From assembly GCA_049325295.1 (NCBI GenBank), contig JBMOMD010000043.1, positions 11,578 to 75,577 of the forward strand: a DNA stretch of 64,000 bases, given 5' to 3'. A model generated the notes under the pieces. That model was not told where the DNA came from, ran no database searches, and saw only the letters and a list, made by a program, of their open reading frames with translations. This stretch comes from Nitrospirota bacterium (GTDB lineage: Bacteria > Nitrospirota > Nitrospiria > 2-01-FULL-66-17). Shown here in pieces: positions 38,042 to 51,644 of this stretch; position 1 is the stretch's first letter, and each line of letters opens with the position of its first letter. The translations under genes and the position numbers were made by a program.

Positions 38042-38166
38042 GAGCCCGTTCGGGAAAGGGCCATCTGCGGCGTTGGCGCTGCGCTTCCGCTCCTCACGTA
38101 CGCACTCCGTACGCTCCGGTGCGGTTCTCGCGCCGCCTTGCATCTGGACCTTTCCTGAACGGGCTC
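38042..38166 (+). repeat. Structured inverted-repeat element, copy 3 (125 bp), located between pyrR and pyrB
   Basis: Starts 1 nt after the pyrR TGA. Arms GAGCCCGTTCGGGAAAGGGCCATCTGC and GCATCTGGACCTTTCCTGAACGGGCTC. Confidence 0.7.
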
Positions 38167-38192
38167 CGTCGTATGGTCAGGTGGAAAGGCTC

Positions 38193-39143
38193 ATGAACCT
38201 CAGGCGCAAGGATTTGATCGCGATCAGGGACTTGGACGTGGAGGAATTGCGCCTGCTGCTGGAGACCGCGGACTCGTTCAAGGAGGTGGCCGGGCGCGAG
38301 ATCAAGAAGGTGCCCACGCTGCGCGGACGCACCGTGGTGAACCTGTTTTTCGAGCCCAGCACGCGCACCCGCTCCTCGTTCGAACTGGCGGGCAAGCGCT
38401 TGTCCGCGGACGTGATCAACATCTCGCCCTCGTCGAGCAGCGTGGTCAAGGGTGAAACCTTGTTGGACACCGCGAAGAATCTGGAAGCCATGGGCACGGA
38501 CGTGATCGTGGTGCGGCACGGCGAGTCCGGCGCGGCCGCCTTGTTGGCGCGGCACCTGCGCTGTTCCGTGATCAACGCCGGAGACGGGGCGCACGAACAC
38601 CCCACGCAGGCGCTGCTGGACGCCTCGACCATTCTGGAGCGCAAGGGACGGATCGAGGGCTTGACCGTGACCATCGTGGGTGACGTGCGGCACAGCCGGG
38701 TGGCGCGCTCGAACCTCTGGGCCCTGACCAAACTGGGCGCGCGCGTTCGACTGGCCGGGCCGCCCACCATGGTGCCGGCGGAGTTGAGGGATTTCGGAGC
38801 GGAGATCCATCATTCGCTCGATTCGGCGTTGGAGGGCGCGGACGTGGTGATGGCGTTGCGATTGCAGTTGGAGCGCCAAGGCGCGGGGTTTTTTCCGTCG
38901 CTGCGCGAGTACAGCCGGTTGTGGGGCATCACGCGGGACCGGTTGCAGCGCGCCAAGCCCGACGCATTGGTGATGCACCCCGGCCCGGTGAACCGTGGCG
39001 TAGAACTCGCGCCCGACGTGGCGGACGGATTGTCCTCGGTGATTCTGGGGCAAGTCGCCAACGGGATCGCGGTGCGGATGGCGGCCTTGTATCTGTTGAC
39101 CGGGGGTAAATCGGACTCGGTCGCCGTGGCGGCCAACCAATGA
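38193..39143 (+). CDS. pyrB: Aspartate carbamoyltransferase catalytic subunit
   Basis: STRTR and HPxQ motifs. Start [11 protein letters not shown] placed at 38193. The upstream extension in the track is rejected because it runs through the repeat. Confidence 0.9.
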   Translation: MNLRRKDLIAIRDLDVEELRLLLETADSFKEVAGREIKKVPTLRGRTVVNLFFEPSTRTRSSFELAGKRLSADVINISPSSSSVVKGETLLDTAKNLEAMGTDVIVVRHGESGAAALLARHLRCSVINAGDGAHEHPTQALLDASTILERKGRIEGLTVTIVGDVRHSRVARSNLWALTKLGARVRLAGPPTMVPAELRDFGAEIHHSLDSALEGADVVMALRLQLERQGAGFFPSLREYSRLWGITRDRLQRAKPDALVMHPGPVNRGVELAPDVADGLSSVILGQVANGIAVRMAALYLLTGGKSDSVAVAANQ

Positions 39144-40441
39144 CGCGCCAGACCGAGAATCGCCCGCTCTTGATCCGGGGCGGGCGGGTGATCGACCCGG
39201 CGAGCAAGCTCGACGCCGTCTGCGATATCGAAATCGTCGACGGCAAGATCGAGGCCTGCGGGACCGGGCTCAAACCCTCGCCGAAAACCGACTCGTTCAA
39301 CGCCACCGGGCTGGTGGTGTGTCCGGGGTTGATCGATCTGCACACGCACGTGCGGGAGCCGGGGTACGAGTACAAGGAAACCATCAAGACCGCGACCGCG
39401 GCCGCGGCGGCCGGCGGGTTCACCACGGTGTTCGCCATGCCCAACACCAACCCGATCAACGACACCCGCGCGGTCACGGAACTGGTGCTCGACGCGGCGC
39501 GGCGCGAAGGCTCGGTGAACGTAAAGCCGGTGGGCGCGATCACCAAAGGCTCCAAAGGCGAGGAGTTGGCCGAGATCGGCGAACTGGTGGAGGCGGGCTG
39601 CCTCGCGATCTCGGACGACGGCAAGCCCGTCACGAGCAGCCTGCTGATGCGCCGCGCCTTGGAATACGCGCTGGCGTTCAACGTGCCGGTGATCGACCAC
39701 TGCGAAGACCTCTGCCTGTCCTCCGGCGGGGTCATGCACGAAGGCAAGGTCTCGACCATGCTGGGGCTCAAGGGCGTGCCGGCCGCGGCCGAAACCGTGA
39801 TGGTCGCGCGCGATCTGGCGTTGGCCGAGTTGACCGGCGGGCGGCTGCACCTGGCGCACATGAGTTGCGCCGCGTCGGTGCGCATGATCCGCGAGGCCAA
39901 GACCCGTGGGGTGCGCGTGACCGCCGAAGCCTGCCCGCACCACTTCTCGTTGACCGACGAAGCCGTGATCGGCTTCCAGGCCGACGCCAAGATGAACCCG
40001 CCGCTGCGCACCCGGGAGGACGTGCTGGCCGTGATCGAAGGGTTGGCGGACGGCACCATCGACGCGATCGCCACGGACCACGCGCCTCACGCGCCGGAGG
40101 AAAAGTCCTGGCCCATCGCGGAGGCGCCGTTCGGCGTGGTCGGCTTGGAAACCGCGCTGCCGCTGTCCTTGGCGCTCACCGCGGACAACCGCCTCTCGTT
40201 ACCGCAGGTCATCGCGTTGTTGACCGCCAAACCCGCCACGGTCATGGGCATTGATCGGGGAAGTCTGCGCGTGGGGGCGGTCGCGGATGTGACCATCTTC
40301 GATCCGGCCGCGGAGTGGGTGGTAGATCCGGCCGCGTTTCGTTCCAAGAGCCGCAACACCCCGTTTGCCGGATGGAAGGTGCGCGGACGCGTGATCAAAA
40401 CCATTGTCGGCGGGAAGGTGGTGTATGACGCGAACGCCTAA
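39140..40441 (+). CDS. pyrC: Dihydroorotase (multifunctional-complex type)
   Basis: [10 protein letters not shown] metal motif. ATGA overlap with the pyrB stop. Confidence 0.88.
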   Translation: MTRQTENRPLLIRGGRVIDPASKLDAVCDIEIVDGKIEACGTGLKPSPKTDSFNATGLVVCPGLIDLHTHVREPGYEYKETIKTATAAAAAGGFTTVFAMPNTNPINDTRAVTELVLDAARREGSVNVKPVGAITKGSKGEELAEIGELVEAGCLAISDDGKPVTSSLLMRRALEYALAFNVPVIDHCEDLCLSSGGVMHEGKVSTMLGLKGVPAAAETVMVARDLALAELTGGRLHLAHMSCAASVRMIREAKTRGVRVTAEACPHHFSLTDEAVIGFQADAKMNPPLRTREDVLAVIEGLADGTIDAIATDHAPHAPEEKSWPIAEAPFGVVGLETALPLSLALTADNRLSLPQVIALLTAKPATVMGIDRGSLRVGAVADVTIFDPAAEWVVDPAAFRSKSRNTPFAGWKVRGRVIKTIVGGKVVYDANA

Positions 40442-41564
40442 ACGCCCAGCGATCCTCGCGTTGGCGGACGGGACCGTGTTTCGCGGAACCGCGTTCGGCG
40501 CGGACGGGGAGTCGGTGGGCGAGGTGGTGTTCAACACCAGCCTGTCGGGGTACCAGGAGATCCTGACGGACCCATCGTACCGCGGCCAGATCGTGGTCAT
40601 GACCGCCCCGCAGATCGGCAACTACGGCGTCAACCCCGAAGACGTGGAATCCGGGCGGGTGTGGGTCGAGGGTTTCGTGGTCAAGGAATGCTCGCCGATG
40701 TCGAGCAGTTGGCGGGCGCGCCAAAACCTCCATGACTACTTGAAGGACGCGGGCGTGGTCGGGATCGAAGGCATCGACACCCGCGCGTTGACCAAACACC
40801 TCCGCGACACCGGCGCGCAAGAGGGCGTGTTGTCCACGGTCGATGTGGACGAGAAGCGGTTGGTGGCCAAAGCCAAGGCGTCGCCGGGACTGGTGGGCCG
40901 TGATCTGGTGCGGGACGTGACCTGCGGGAAACCGTATTCATGGACGGAGGGGGTATGGAAAGCCCCTTCTGATCCCTCCCTCCTTGCGGGGGAGGGCAGG
41001 GTGGGGGGGACGCGCGTGACCGTGTACGACTTCGGCGTGAAACGCAACATCCTGAGAAGTCTGGTCTCCGCCGGGTGTCGAGTCACCGTGGTTCCAGCCT
41101 CCACGCCGGCAGCGGACGTGTTGGCGTCGAAACCCGACGGGGTCGTGTTGTCCAATGGTCCTGGTGATCCCGCCGCGGTCACCTACGCGGTGGAGGCCGC
41201 GCGGGCCTTGGTCGGACGCGTGCCCGTGTTCGGCATCTGTCTCGGGCACCAGATCCTCGGCCTCGCCATGGGCGGAACCACGTCGAAATTGAAATTCGGC
41301 CACCACGGCGGGAACCAGCCCGTGCTCGATCTCGCGTCGAACCAGGTCACGATCACGTCGCAGAACCACGGCTTTACCGTGGATCTGGAATCGCTCAAAG
41401 GCGAGGTGGAAGCCACGCACGTGAATCTGAACGATCGCACCGTGGAAGGGTTGCGGCACAAGACCCTGCCGATCTTCTCGGTGCAGTATCATCCCGAGGC
41501 CTCGCCGGGGCCGCACGACGCGGGATATTTGTTTCAGCGGTTCATCGACGTGATCAATCGGTAG
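40425..41564 (+). CDS. carA: Carbamoyl-phosphate synthase small subunit
   Basis: GATase catalytic region GICLGHQ. Start ATG 40425. Confidence 0.9.
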   Translation: MTRTPKRPAILALADGTVFRGTAFGADGESVGEVVFNTSLSGYQEILTDPSYRGQIVVMTAPQIGNYGVNPEDVESGRVWVEGFVVKECSPMSSSWRARQNLHDYLKDAGVVGIEGIDTRALTKHLRDTGAQEGVLSTVDVDEKRLVAKAKASPGLVGRDLVRDVTCGKPYSWTEGVWKAPSDPSLLAGEGRVGGTRVTVYDFGVKRNILRSLVSAGCRVTVVPASTPAADVLASKPDGVVLSNGPGDPAAVTYAVEAARALVGRVPVFGICLGHQILGLAMGGTTSKLKFGHHGGNQPVLDLASNQVTITSQNHGFTVDLESLKGEVEATHVNLNDRTVEGLRHKTLPIFSVQYHPEASPGPHDAGYLFQRFIDVINR

Positions 41565-41567
41565 CGT

Positions 41568-44855
<3,288 letters not shown>

Positions 44856-44865
44856 GGAAACGACG

Positions 44866-45342
44866 ATGGCGAAAATTCCGATGACCCCCCGCGGGTACCA
44901 GAAGCTCAAGGACGAATTGGATCGACTCAAACGCGTGGAGCGCCCGAAGAACATCCAGGATATCGCGGAAGCCAGGGCGCACGGCGACCTGAGCGAGAAC
45001 GCGGAGTATGCGGCAGCCAAAGAACGCCAGTCCTTTATCGAGGGACGAATGCGGGAAATCGAGACGCAGATCGCGGACGCCGAGGTGATCGACAATACCA
45101 ACATGTCCGCGGAGAAAGTGGTGTTCGGCGCCACCGTGGTCATGGAAGACACGGAGTCCGGCGACAAGAAACAAGTCACGATCGTGGGGCAACACGAGAT
45201 CGACCTGAAAGACGGACGCATCTCGGCCCACTCGCCGGTCGGCAAGGCGCTCATCGGGCACCGCGTGGGTGATCTCGTCACGATCGTCGCGCCCGCCAAG
45301 ACGGCCGAATATCAGGTGCTTGAAATCCGGTTCGATCCCTAA
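44866..45342 (+). CDS. greA: Transcription elongation factor GreA
   Basis: GreA N-terminal coiled coil (ARAHGDLSENAEY) and FKBP-like C-terminus. Confidence 0.9.
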   Translation: MAKIPMTPRGYQKLKDELDRLKRVERPKNIQDIAEARAHGDLSENAEYAAAKERQSFIEGRMREIETQIADAEVIDNTNMSAEKVVFGATVVMEDTESGDKKQVTIVGQHEIDLKDGRISAHSPVGKALIGHRVGDLVTIVAPAKTAEYQVLEIRFDP

Positions 45343-45345
45343 CGA

Positions 45346-45469
45346 GGAGCCTGTCCATGAGCGGCCATCTGCAGCGTTGTCGCTGCGCTTCCGGTCCTCA
45401 CGTACGACCCAGTACGCTCCGGTCCGGTGCTCGCTCCGCCTTGCATCTGACCGCTCCTGAACAGGCTCC
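45346..45469 (+). repeat. Structured inverted-repeat element, copy 4 (124 bp)
   Basis: Starts 4 nt after the greA TAA. Arms GGAGCCTGTCCATGAGCGGCCATCTGC and GCATCTGACCGCTCCTGAACAGGCTCC. Confidence 0.7.
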
Positions 45470-45744
45470 ACACTGGGTTACTCCTCTCGGCTCCTAGAGC
45501 GTGGATTGGTCTCGGTTCCGTCTCGGGTTGCACCTCGCGCTGGGCTCGCGGCGCTTCGGCGTGAACGGCCGTCTGCGCGAGCCGTTCGATTCGCTCATGA
45601 TCAGACCCTTGTTCGGTTTTGGATGGAGCCTGCTCTTGCGGCCGTGGGCGTGGCCCGCGGCGTGGCGCGTCATTCGTTGGCGGATGGACACCGCGGGCTG
45701 GACGTGAGGTCCCGAATCCGGATGGCCGAGCCGTCGTCACGCCC

Positions 45745-46683
45745 ATGAGCGATGCGTCCCCAAGCCTGACCGTGAATCTCGGCGACGGGCTCGTCCTCAA
45801 GAACCCCATCATCGCCTCGTCGGGCACCTTCGGGTATGGGGAAGAGTACGCCGGGGTGCTGGACTTGAACCGTTTGGGCGCCATCGCGGTGAAGGGGTTA
45901 TCCGTGGAGCCGAGAACGGGGAACCCTGCGCCTCGACTCGTGGAGACGCCGTCCGGGTTGCTCAATGCGATCGGTCTGGCGAACGTGGGGCTCGAAGCCT
46001 TTCTCTCGGAGAAGCTGCCGTTTCTGCGGCGTTTCGACGTCAAGGTGATCGTGAACATTTTCGGCGGAACTCTTGAGGAATTCGAGTATTTGACGGATCG
46101 GTTGTCCGACGCTCCGGGCGTGCACGCGCTCGAGGTCAATGTCTCGTGCCCCAACGTCAAACAAGGCGGCATGAGCTTCGGGCAATCGGTGACGGGTGTG
46201 TTCGAGGTGGTGCGCGCGGTGCGCCGAAAGACCCGGTTGCCGATGATCGTGAAACTCTCCCCGAACGTGACCGACGTGACGGAAATCGCCAGGGCCGCGC
46301 ACGCGGCTGGCGCGAGCGCGATCTCGTTGATCAACACGGTGTTGGGCATGGCGATCGACGTGGAAACGCGGCGTCCCAAACTCGCGTCGTGGACCGGAGG
46401 CTTGTCGGGGCCCGCGATCCGTCCGATCGCGGTGCGAATGGTCTGGGAAACGTCCCGGGCGGTGCCGATTCCGATCATCGGGATCGGGGGCGTGACGTGC
46501 GGGGAGGACGCGGTGGAGTTTCTGCTCGCCGGCGCATCGGCCGTGGCCGTGGGGACCGCGAACTTCATGAACCCACGGTCCACGGTCGAAATCTTGGACG
46601 GCCTCACCCGGTACATGGCCCGCCACGGCATCAGCGACGTCCGGAATCTGGTCGGCGCGATCGACGTCACCGGGCGGGAGTAA
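45745..46683 (+). CDS. pyrD: Dihydroorotate dehydrogenase (class 1B-type catalytic subunit)
   Basis: PIIASSGTFGYG and SCPNV motifs. Start ATG 45745. The upstream extension in the track is rejected. Confidence 0.88.
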   Translation: MSDASPSLTVNLGDGLVLKNPIIASSGTFGYGEEYAGVLDLNRLGAIAVKGLSVEPRTGNPAPRLVETPSGLLNAIGLANVGLEAFLSEKLPFLRRFDVKVIVNIFGGTLEEFEYLTDRLSDAPGVHALEVNVSCPNVKQGGMSFGQSVTGVFEVVRAVRRKTRLPMIVKLSPNVTDVTEIARAAHAAGASAISLINTVLGMAIDVETRRPKLASWTGGLSGPAIRPIAVRMVWETSRAVPIPIIGIGGVTCGEDAVEFLLAGASAVAVGTANFMNPRSTVEILDGLTRYMARHGISDVRNLVGAIDVTGRE

Positions 46684-46684
46684 T

Positions 46685-47476
46685 GTGGCGATCGTCACCC
46701 TGACCACGGATTTCGGTCTACGCGATCCGTGGGTGGGAAGCCTCAAGGGTGCGTTGCTCTCCATCGCGACGAACCTGACGCTCGTCGATTTGACCCACGA
46801 CGTTCCGCGGCACAACGTCGCGGCCGCGTCGTACGTCGTGGCCGCCGCCTCCCGGCATTTTCCCGCCGGGACGATTCACCTGGTCGTCGTGGACCCCGGG
46901 GTTGGTGGGGCGCGGCGCCCGTTGGCGTGCGCGGCGGGCGGGGCGATGTTCGTGGGACCGGACAACGGGGTGTTCGACCGCGTGCTGGGCCGCGACCCCG
47001 ATGCGCGCTGCGTGGAGATCACCGACCCGCGCGTCATGCGACGCGTGCCGTCCGACAGTCCGACGTTTCAGGGACGCGACGTGTTCGCGCCGGTCGCGGC
47101 GTGTCTGGCGTTAGGAACTCGCCTGGACGATTTGGGACCGGCTGTTGATGATCCGATTCGCCTGTCGGCCCCCGATGTTCGTCGCAACGGATCCACCTGG
47201 ATCGGCGAAGTCGTCTGGGTCGATCGGTTCGGAAACCTCATCAGCAACATCGAGGTTCCCAGCGGAGTGTCGGCGGCAAACGTCCGAGTGGGGGCGAGCG
47301 ATCTTCCGGTGGTCGCGTGTTACTCGGACGGGCCGACCGGCGAGGCCGCGGCGCTGATCAACAGCGATCGGCTGATCGAGGTGTTCGTCAATCGCGGGGA
47401 CGCGTCGGAGACGCTGAAGGCCGGAACCGGCGCGCCGGTGTTCGCCGCGATCGTCGGGAAACCCGGTCAGACCTGA
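46685..47476 (+). CDS. SAM hydroxide adenosyltransferase / DUF62 family protein
   Basis: N-terminal LTTDFGLRDPWVGSLKG pattern typical of the DUF62/SAM hydrolase family. Confidence 0.72.
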   Translation: MAIVTLTTDFGLRDPWVGSLKGALLSIATNLTLVDLTHDVPRHNVAAASYVVAAASRHFPAGTIHLVVVDPGVGGARRPLACAAGGAMFVGPDNGVFDRVLGRDPDARCVEITDPRVMRRVPSDSPTFQGRDVFAPVAACLALGTRLDDLGPAVDDPIRLSAPDVRRNGSTWIGEVVWVDRFGNLISNIEVPSGVSAANVRVGASDLPVVACYSDGPTGEAAALINSDRLIEVFVNRGDASETLKAGTGAPVFAAIVGKPGQT

Positions 47477-48855
47477 ACGACTTCGATGCCGCCTCGATGC
47501 GCGCGAGAGGGGGTGCGAACCAGCACGTAGCGGTCCCCGGGCGCGAGGAGCCCCGAAGCGATCGCGAGTTCGACTCCGTGACGTACTCCGTCCGGCTCGC
47601 GTTCCGCCGAATACAGCACCGGCGTGATGCCCCATCCCACCGCCAATCGGGCCGCGACGCGGCGGTCGGGCGTCAACGCGATGACGGGTTGCGCCGGACG
47701 GTGGGCCGCGATCTGGATCGGCTCGGTTCCATCGTCGGCCGGCACCAGGATCGCCGCCGCGCTGATTTCGGCCGCGAGGGTGCAGGCCGCGTGCGACACG
47801 GCTTCCACCGGATTGTCGGCCCGTCGGTGTAAGAAACGCGCCCGGTCGATTTCTCGTTCCGCGCGTTCGGCGATGCGTGCCATCGTTTTGACCGCTTCGA
47901 CCGGGTAGCTCCCGATCGCGGTCTCCTCCGACAGCATCAACGCGTCGGTACCGTCCAGCACGGCCGTGGCCACGTCGGTCGCTTCGGCCCGGGTAGGGCG
48001 GAGCGAGGTCATCATGGATTCGAGCATCTGCGTGGCCGTGATCACGGGGACGCCGTGATTCAAGCCGCTTGCGATCACCGCTTTTTGATGGAAGGGGACG
48101 TCTTCCAAAGCGGTTTCAACGCCAAGGTCTCCGCGAGCGACCATCAACCCGTCCGAGGCATCCGCGATCTCGTCGAGCGCGGCCATCGCCTCGCGCTGTT
48201 CGATTTTCGCCATCACCGGAATCCGCGCGTTCGATCGCTCCATCCACGCCTTGGCGGTTTGCACGTCCTGGGCCTGCCGCACGAACGAGAGCGCGACCCA
48301 GTCGAGCCGGTGTTTCACGGCAAAGCTCAAATCTTCCCGATCCTTGGGAGTAAATGCCTCAATCCCGAGGCTGCGACCCGGGATGTTGATCCCCTTGTGT
48401 GCGCTCAACAAACCGCCGACCAGCACGCGGGTCGTCACCGCGTCGGGGGCGACGCGGTCGACGACAAGCTCGATGGTTCCATCGCTGAGAAGAATGGTGT
48501 CTCCCGGCTTGACCGCCTCCGTGAATCCCGGAAACCCGACGGACACGGCCCGCCAGTCTCCCGGGACTTCGTTGACGGTCAACGTGAACGGATCCCCGGC
48601 CCGAAGCATCACGGACTCCCGGCTCAACAAACCGGTGCGAAGTTTCGGTCCGGCCAGGTCGCCCATGACCGAGACGGTCCGGCCGAGCGCGTCGGCGGTG
48701 GCGCGGATGCGGGCGATCCGGTCGGCCTGTTCGCGCCCCGCCCCGTGAGAAAAATTGACGCGCGCCACGTCCATTCCGGCGAGAATCATCGCGCGGAGGA
48801 TATCGGGGTTGTCGCTGGCTGGTCCGATGGTACAGACGATCTTGGTTCGTCGCAC
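47467..48855 (-). CDS. pyk: Pyruvate kinase
   Basis: MRRTKIVCTIGPAS...NFSHG signature. Confidence 0.9.
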   Translation of the reverse strand: MRRTKIVCTIGPASDNPDILRAMILAGMDVARVNFSHGAGREQADRIARIRATADALGRTVSVMGDLAGPKLRTGLLSRESVMLRAGDPFTLTVNEVPGDWRAVSVGFPGFTEAVKPGDTILLSDGTIELVVDRVAPDAVTTRVLVGGLLSAHKGINIPGRSLGIEAFTPKDREDLSFAVKHRLDWVALSFVRQAQDVQTAKAWMERSNARIPVMAKIEQREAMAALDEIADASDGLMVARGDLGVETALEDVPFHQKAVIASGLNHGVPVITATQMLESMMTSLRPTRAEATDVATAVLDGTDALMLSEETAIGSYPVEAVKTMARIAERAEREIDRARFLHRRADNPVEAVSHAACTLAAEISAAAILVPADDGTEPIQIAAHRPAQPVIALTPDRRVAARLAVGWGITPVLYSAEREPDGVRHGVELAIASGLLAPGDRYVLVRTPSRAHRGGIEVVQV

Positions 48856-48976
48856 GGAAGTCCTTTTCGGTGTATCAAGCCGTTGCGACGATTATAGCGG
48901 ACGGAGGTTGGTTCGATCCAATACGGCCTGCGTCGGCTGAGGCTGTAAACCATGAAAACCATGTCGGCATGGTTCG

Positions 48977-49005
48977 TTGAACCTCAGGGAAGCCTGTGCT
49001 AGAAT
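48977..49005 (+). promoter_or_regulatory. Promoter TTGAAC-N17-TAGAAT (TGn extended -10)
   Basis: ~70 nt upstream of the ATG at 49076. An adjacent AACCATG-tcgg-CATGGTT palindrome overlaps the -35 region. Confidence 0.5.
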
Positions 49006-49075
49006 GCCGGGCCCGTTCACGGAGAAGGGCGGTCAGGTTCAGGTTCGCGGAATGACATCAAGACCGGAGGTATTC

Positions 49076-49453
49076 ATGGCAAAGCTGTCGGATGAGTCCA
49101 AGAAGAAGATCTCGGATTCGGTGAAGAAGTCGTGGGCCTTGCGACGCGCGCGGATGGCCAAGAAAGCGAAGGCCGTTCGGCGGTTATCGGCTGACGCGAA
49201 GCGGCGAATCTCGGAAGCGGTGAAACGTTCCTGGGCCTCTCGTCGCGCCGGCCGCGCCGCGTCATCGGCCGCCAAAGGCGGGGGCGTTTCGGCCTCGTCG
49301 GGGGTCTTGGCGTCGATCCGGCAAGCCTCGCGGTCGCTGCGCTCGCTCACGCTCGACGATCTTCGGCCGTTGGCGGGGCGGAAAGACGCGGCCGCCCACT
49401 TGGATGAGCTTGCCGGTCTGGTCTCTGACCTGCGACGGTTGATCGCGCGGTAA
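49076..49453 (+). CDS. Hypothetical basic protein with an internal tandem repeat (ISxxVKxSWAxRRA x2)
   Basis: RBS GGAGGT. Lys/Arg-rich. The upstream part of ORF 48977.. is rejected. Confidence 0.45.
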   Translation: MAKLSDESKKKISDSVKKSWALRRARMAKKAKAVRRLSADAKRRISEAVKRSWASRRAGRAASSAAKGGGVSASSGVLASIRQASRSLRSLTLDDLRPLAGRKDAAAHLDELAGLVSDLRRLIAR

Positions 49454-49751
49454 CCGTCAGGCTCCGCCAATTTTGTTCATTCGGTCGATCCGCCCGGTCT
49501 GTGCACGCGCACGGCCGGGCGGATGAGCTTTCCGGGCCGATACGCAGCCCGCCGAGGAATAAGTCGTCGCATCGGACGGTTGTACCCCACAGGAGGTTCG
49601 ATGCGCGATGAACCGACTGCTGCGATGGTGGGGCCGATCAGTCATTCAACTGAAAGTGTATTGGCTGTCGCTCGCCGAACAACGGTTGGAACGTCGCATT
49701 CTTGAGGAAAAAAAGCGGTATCCCTCCGGTTCTCCCTCGTCGGGAGAGTAA

Positions 49752-50234
49752 TTACCGCGCGGCGGTCGCGTCCGCGGGACCTTGCGTCGCCCACTGATCC
49801 CAGTCTGAACAATACGCCGGCGGGGCGAGCACCATGAGGATGTCTCCGTCCAGGAACCGCCAGTCCGGAGTAAACGGGTGGAGCGACTGCTCGCGCCGCA
49901 CCGCCACGCAGACCCCGGTGGGCGTTTCCATCGGTAGTGGGCGGTCGATCCATGGAGATCCTTGCGTGATCGCCACGTCGTGGATTTGCCAGCGTCCGTT
50001 CCCGACGATCTGGGAGAGTCGCCGCGCGGACATGGCCTCGCGCACGTCCCATGACGAGTTCGCCAGGCCGCGCGCGTGCTGATGGCGCAGCGCTTCATGA
50101 CCGCGGATCGCCCTCAGCCCGGCGTCGAGGTGCGGGGTTCGTTGTACCGAGATCCCGTCGACCAAGAGGGTGTACCCCTCGCGGCCCAATTCTCGGTACA
50201 GGTTGTCCACGCGTTCAGCCGAGATCGACGCCAT
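49752..50234 (-). CDS. Hypothetical protein, possibly an NYN/LabA-like nuclease domain (LLVDG ... DGD motifs)
   Basis: The ORF extends to 50366, but those first 44 codons lie in the AT-rich island and look non-native, so start M45 is preferred. Domain call is weak. Confidence 0.35.
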   Translation of the reverse strand: MASISAERVDNLYRELGREGYTLLVDGISVQRTPHLDAGLRAIRGHEALRHQHARGLANSSWDVREAMSARRLSQIVGNGRWQIHDVAITQGSPWIDRPLPMETPTGVCVAVRREQSLHPFTPDWRFLDGDILMVLAPPAYCSDWDQWATQGPADATAAR

Positions 50235-50333
50235 ACGTCGGTGCCGAAGTTGTGATCGGACCTGGGAAGCCGCATCCGCGACGTCCCAGAAGAAATCTCG
50301 GCAGGCTTGTCCAGCAATTGCGAGATCTCCAGC

Positions 50334-50446
50334 AATATCTGATGACAGTTTCTTAATATTTATCATTTATCTATATATATTTATATAATTATTCAGTTTT
50401 ACTTTATATGTGTCCGATAAGAGCTATTCTGTTAAATAATTAGGGC
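50334..50446. other. AT-rich island (~80% AT over ~113 bp) with reiterated ATTTAT/TATATA words
   Basis: Abrupt composition drop between the DUF4388 gene end and the next gene. Confidence 0.8.
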
Positions 50447-51640
50447 TCACCTGGTAGGACCGCTCGCCGTGACTTTCCCTGAAATCGGGTCATACGACCA
50501 CGGTTTCCCCCAAGGATCTTTGAGCGGCCACATCGATGCGCCGTACTCCGCCAACGGATCAAATACGGAGATGGGAGCCCGGCCGTGTTCAACGCTCCAG
50601 ACGTCCACCAGATCCCCCAACCCCTTGATGTGGTGACCGAGCATCATGACCCGCAGCGCGCGGACCTCCGCGTGGACCCCTTCGACGATCGCGGACCTCA
50701 TGCCCCACAGCGCCCACGTCGGAACCGCGATCAACGACGTCAGCAACGCCAAGTTTGCGATCCATCCCAACGCCACGGCGGCATGTCGCAACAACTCGGA
50801 GGGCACGCGTTCGGCGGCCACCACGGCGGACGGAGCCGGCGCATTCAGGGGAACAATGAGGCCGGCGCTTAGGAGGTTCGCCAACGCCTTACACACCTCG
50901 AATTCGCCGATCTGAAGCAATTCGATCAGTCGGGACACATCGTGCGAGCCGTTCAACGCGTGATAGACGGCGATCTCGTTCGCGGAGAATCGTCCTTCGG
51001 GCTCGTCCTGGCCGAGATCGGCGAATGGATCCGCCTCCGCCTCGTTGACCGCCGCCGCAACCGGAGTTTCCGGTTGGACAGCCTGTTCAATTTCTCCCCG
51101 TTTTTCCGGCACCTGGGCGAAGATGACTTTCAGCGAGGGGATCTTCTTCTCGATCGGCGGCCATTCATCGAGCCGCCGAACCCCCTCCATCAAGATGTGT
51201 TCGGTGCTGATCGGGTCAATATACTGTTTCGGGTACTGCACGTCGCGCTGTTCGAACGAGTAGCGTCCGTCCTTCCAGCGGAACAAGCGGTAGACCGTTT
51301 CCAAAATCTGAAGCCGCAACGCTTTTTTAAGGTCCGCTTCGCTGACGGCGTTCTGGGAAACAAGAATCTGTCCGAGATAGTCTCCGGTGTCCTGCTGCGT
51401 CTTCAGCGCCTTCTCGAGTTGTGGCGGAGAGATCCGCTTGGCGCGAACCAGCACTTCGCCGATGCGTTCGATCCCCTCGGCGTTGTCCATCTGCGCCGAT
51501 ACCACCATCCCCTTCACGAAACCGACGCTGGCTCGTCGCGCCCCGTCGAGAACGGACATCACGCCGCTCTTCTGTTGGACGTAGATGAGCTGGAAAATGT
51601 CCGACAGCCCGAAATCTTTAATGGCGCCTTCGAGCGACAT
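50447..51640 (-). CDS. DUF4388 domain plus GspE-N/MshEN-like domain protein with a C-terminal TM segment (candidate c-di-GMP binding)
   Basis: N-terminal LSDIFQLI...KSG pattern (DUF4388). Two repeats of the LGxxLVxxxxISxxQLxxAL MshEN-like motif. Confidence 0.6.
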   Translation of the reverse strand: MSLEGAIKDFGLSDIFQLIYVQQKSGVMSVLDGARRASVGFVKGMVVSAQMDNAEGIERIGEVLVRAKRISPPQLEKALKTQQDTGDYLGQILVSQNAVSEADLKKALRLQILETVYRLFRWKDGRYSFEQRDVQYPKQYIDPISTEHILMEGVRRLDEWPPIEKKIPSLKVIFAQVPEKRGEIEQAVQPETPVAAAVNEAEADPFADLGQDEPEGRFSANEIAVYHALNGSHDVSRLIELLQIGEFEVCKALANLLSAGLIVPLNAPAPSAVVAAERVPSELLRHAAVALGWIANLALLTSLIAVPTWALWGMRSAIVEGVHAEVRALRVMMLGHHIKGLGDLVDVWSVEHGRAPISVFDPLAEYGASMWPLKDPWGKPWSYDPISGKVTASGPTR

Positions 51641-51644
51641 GCCG

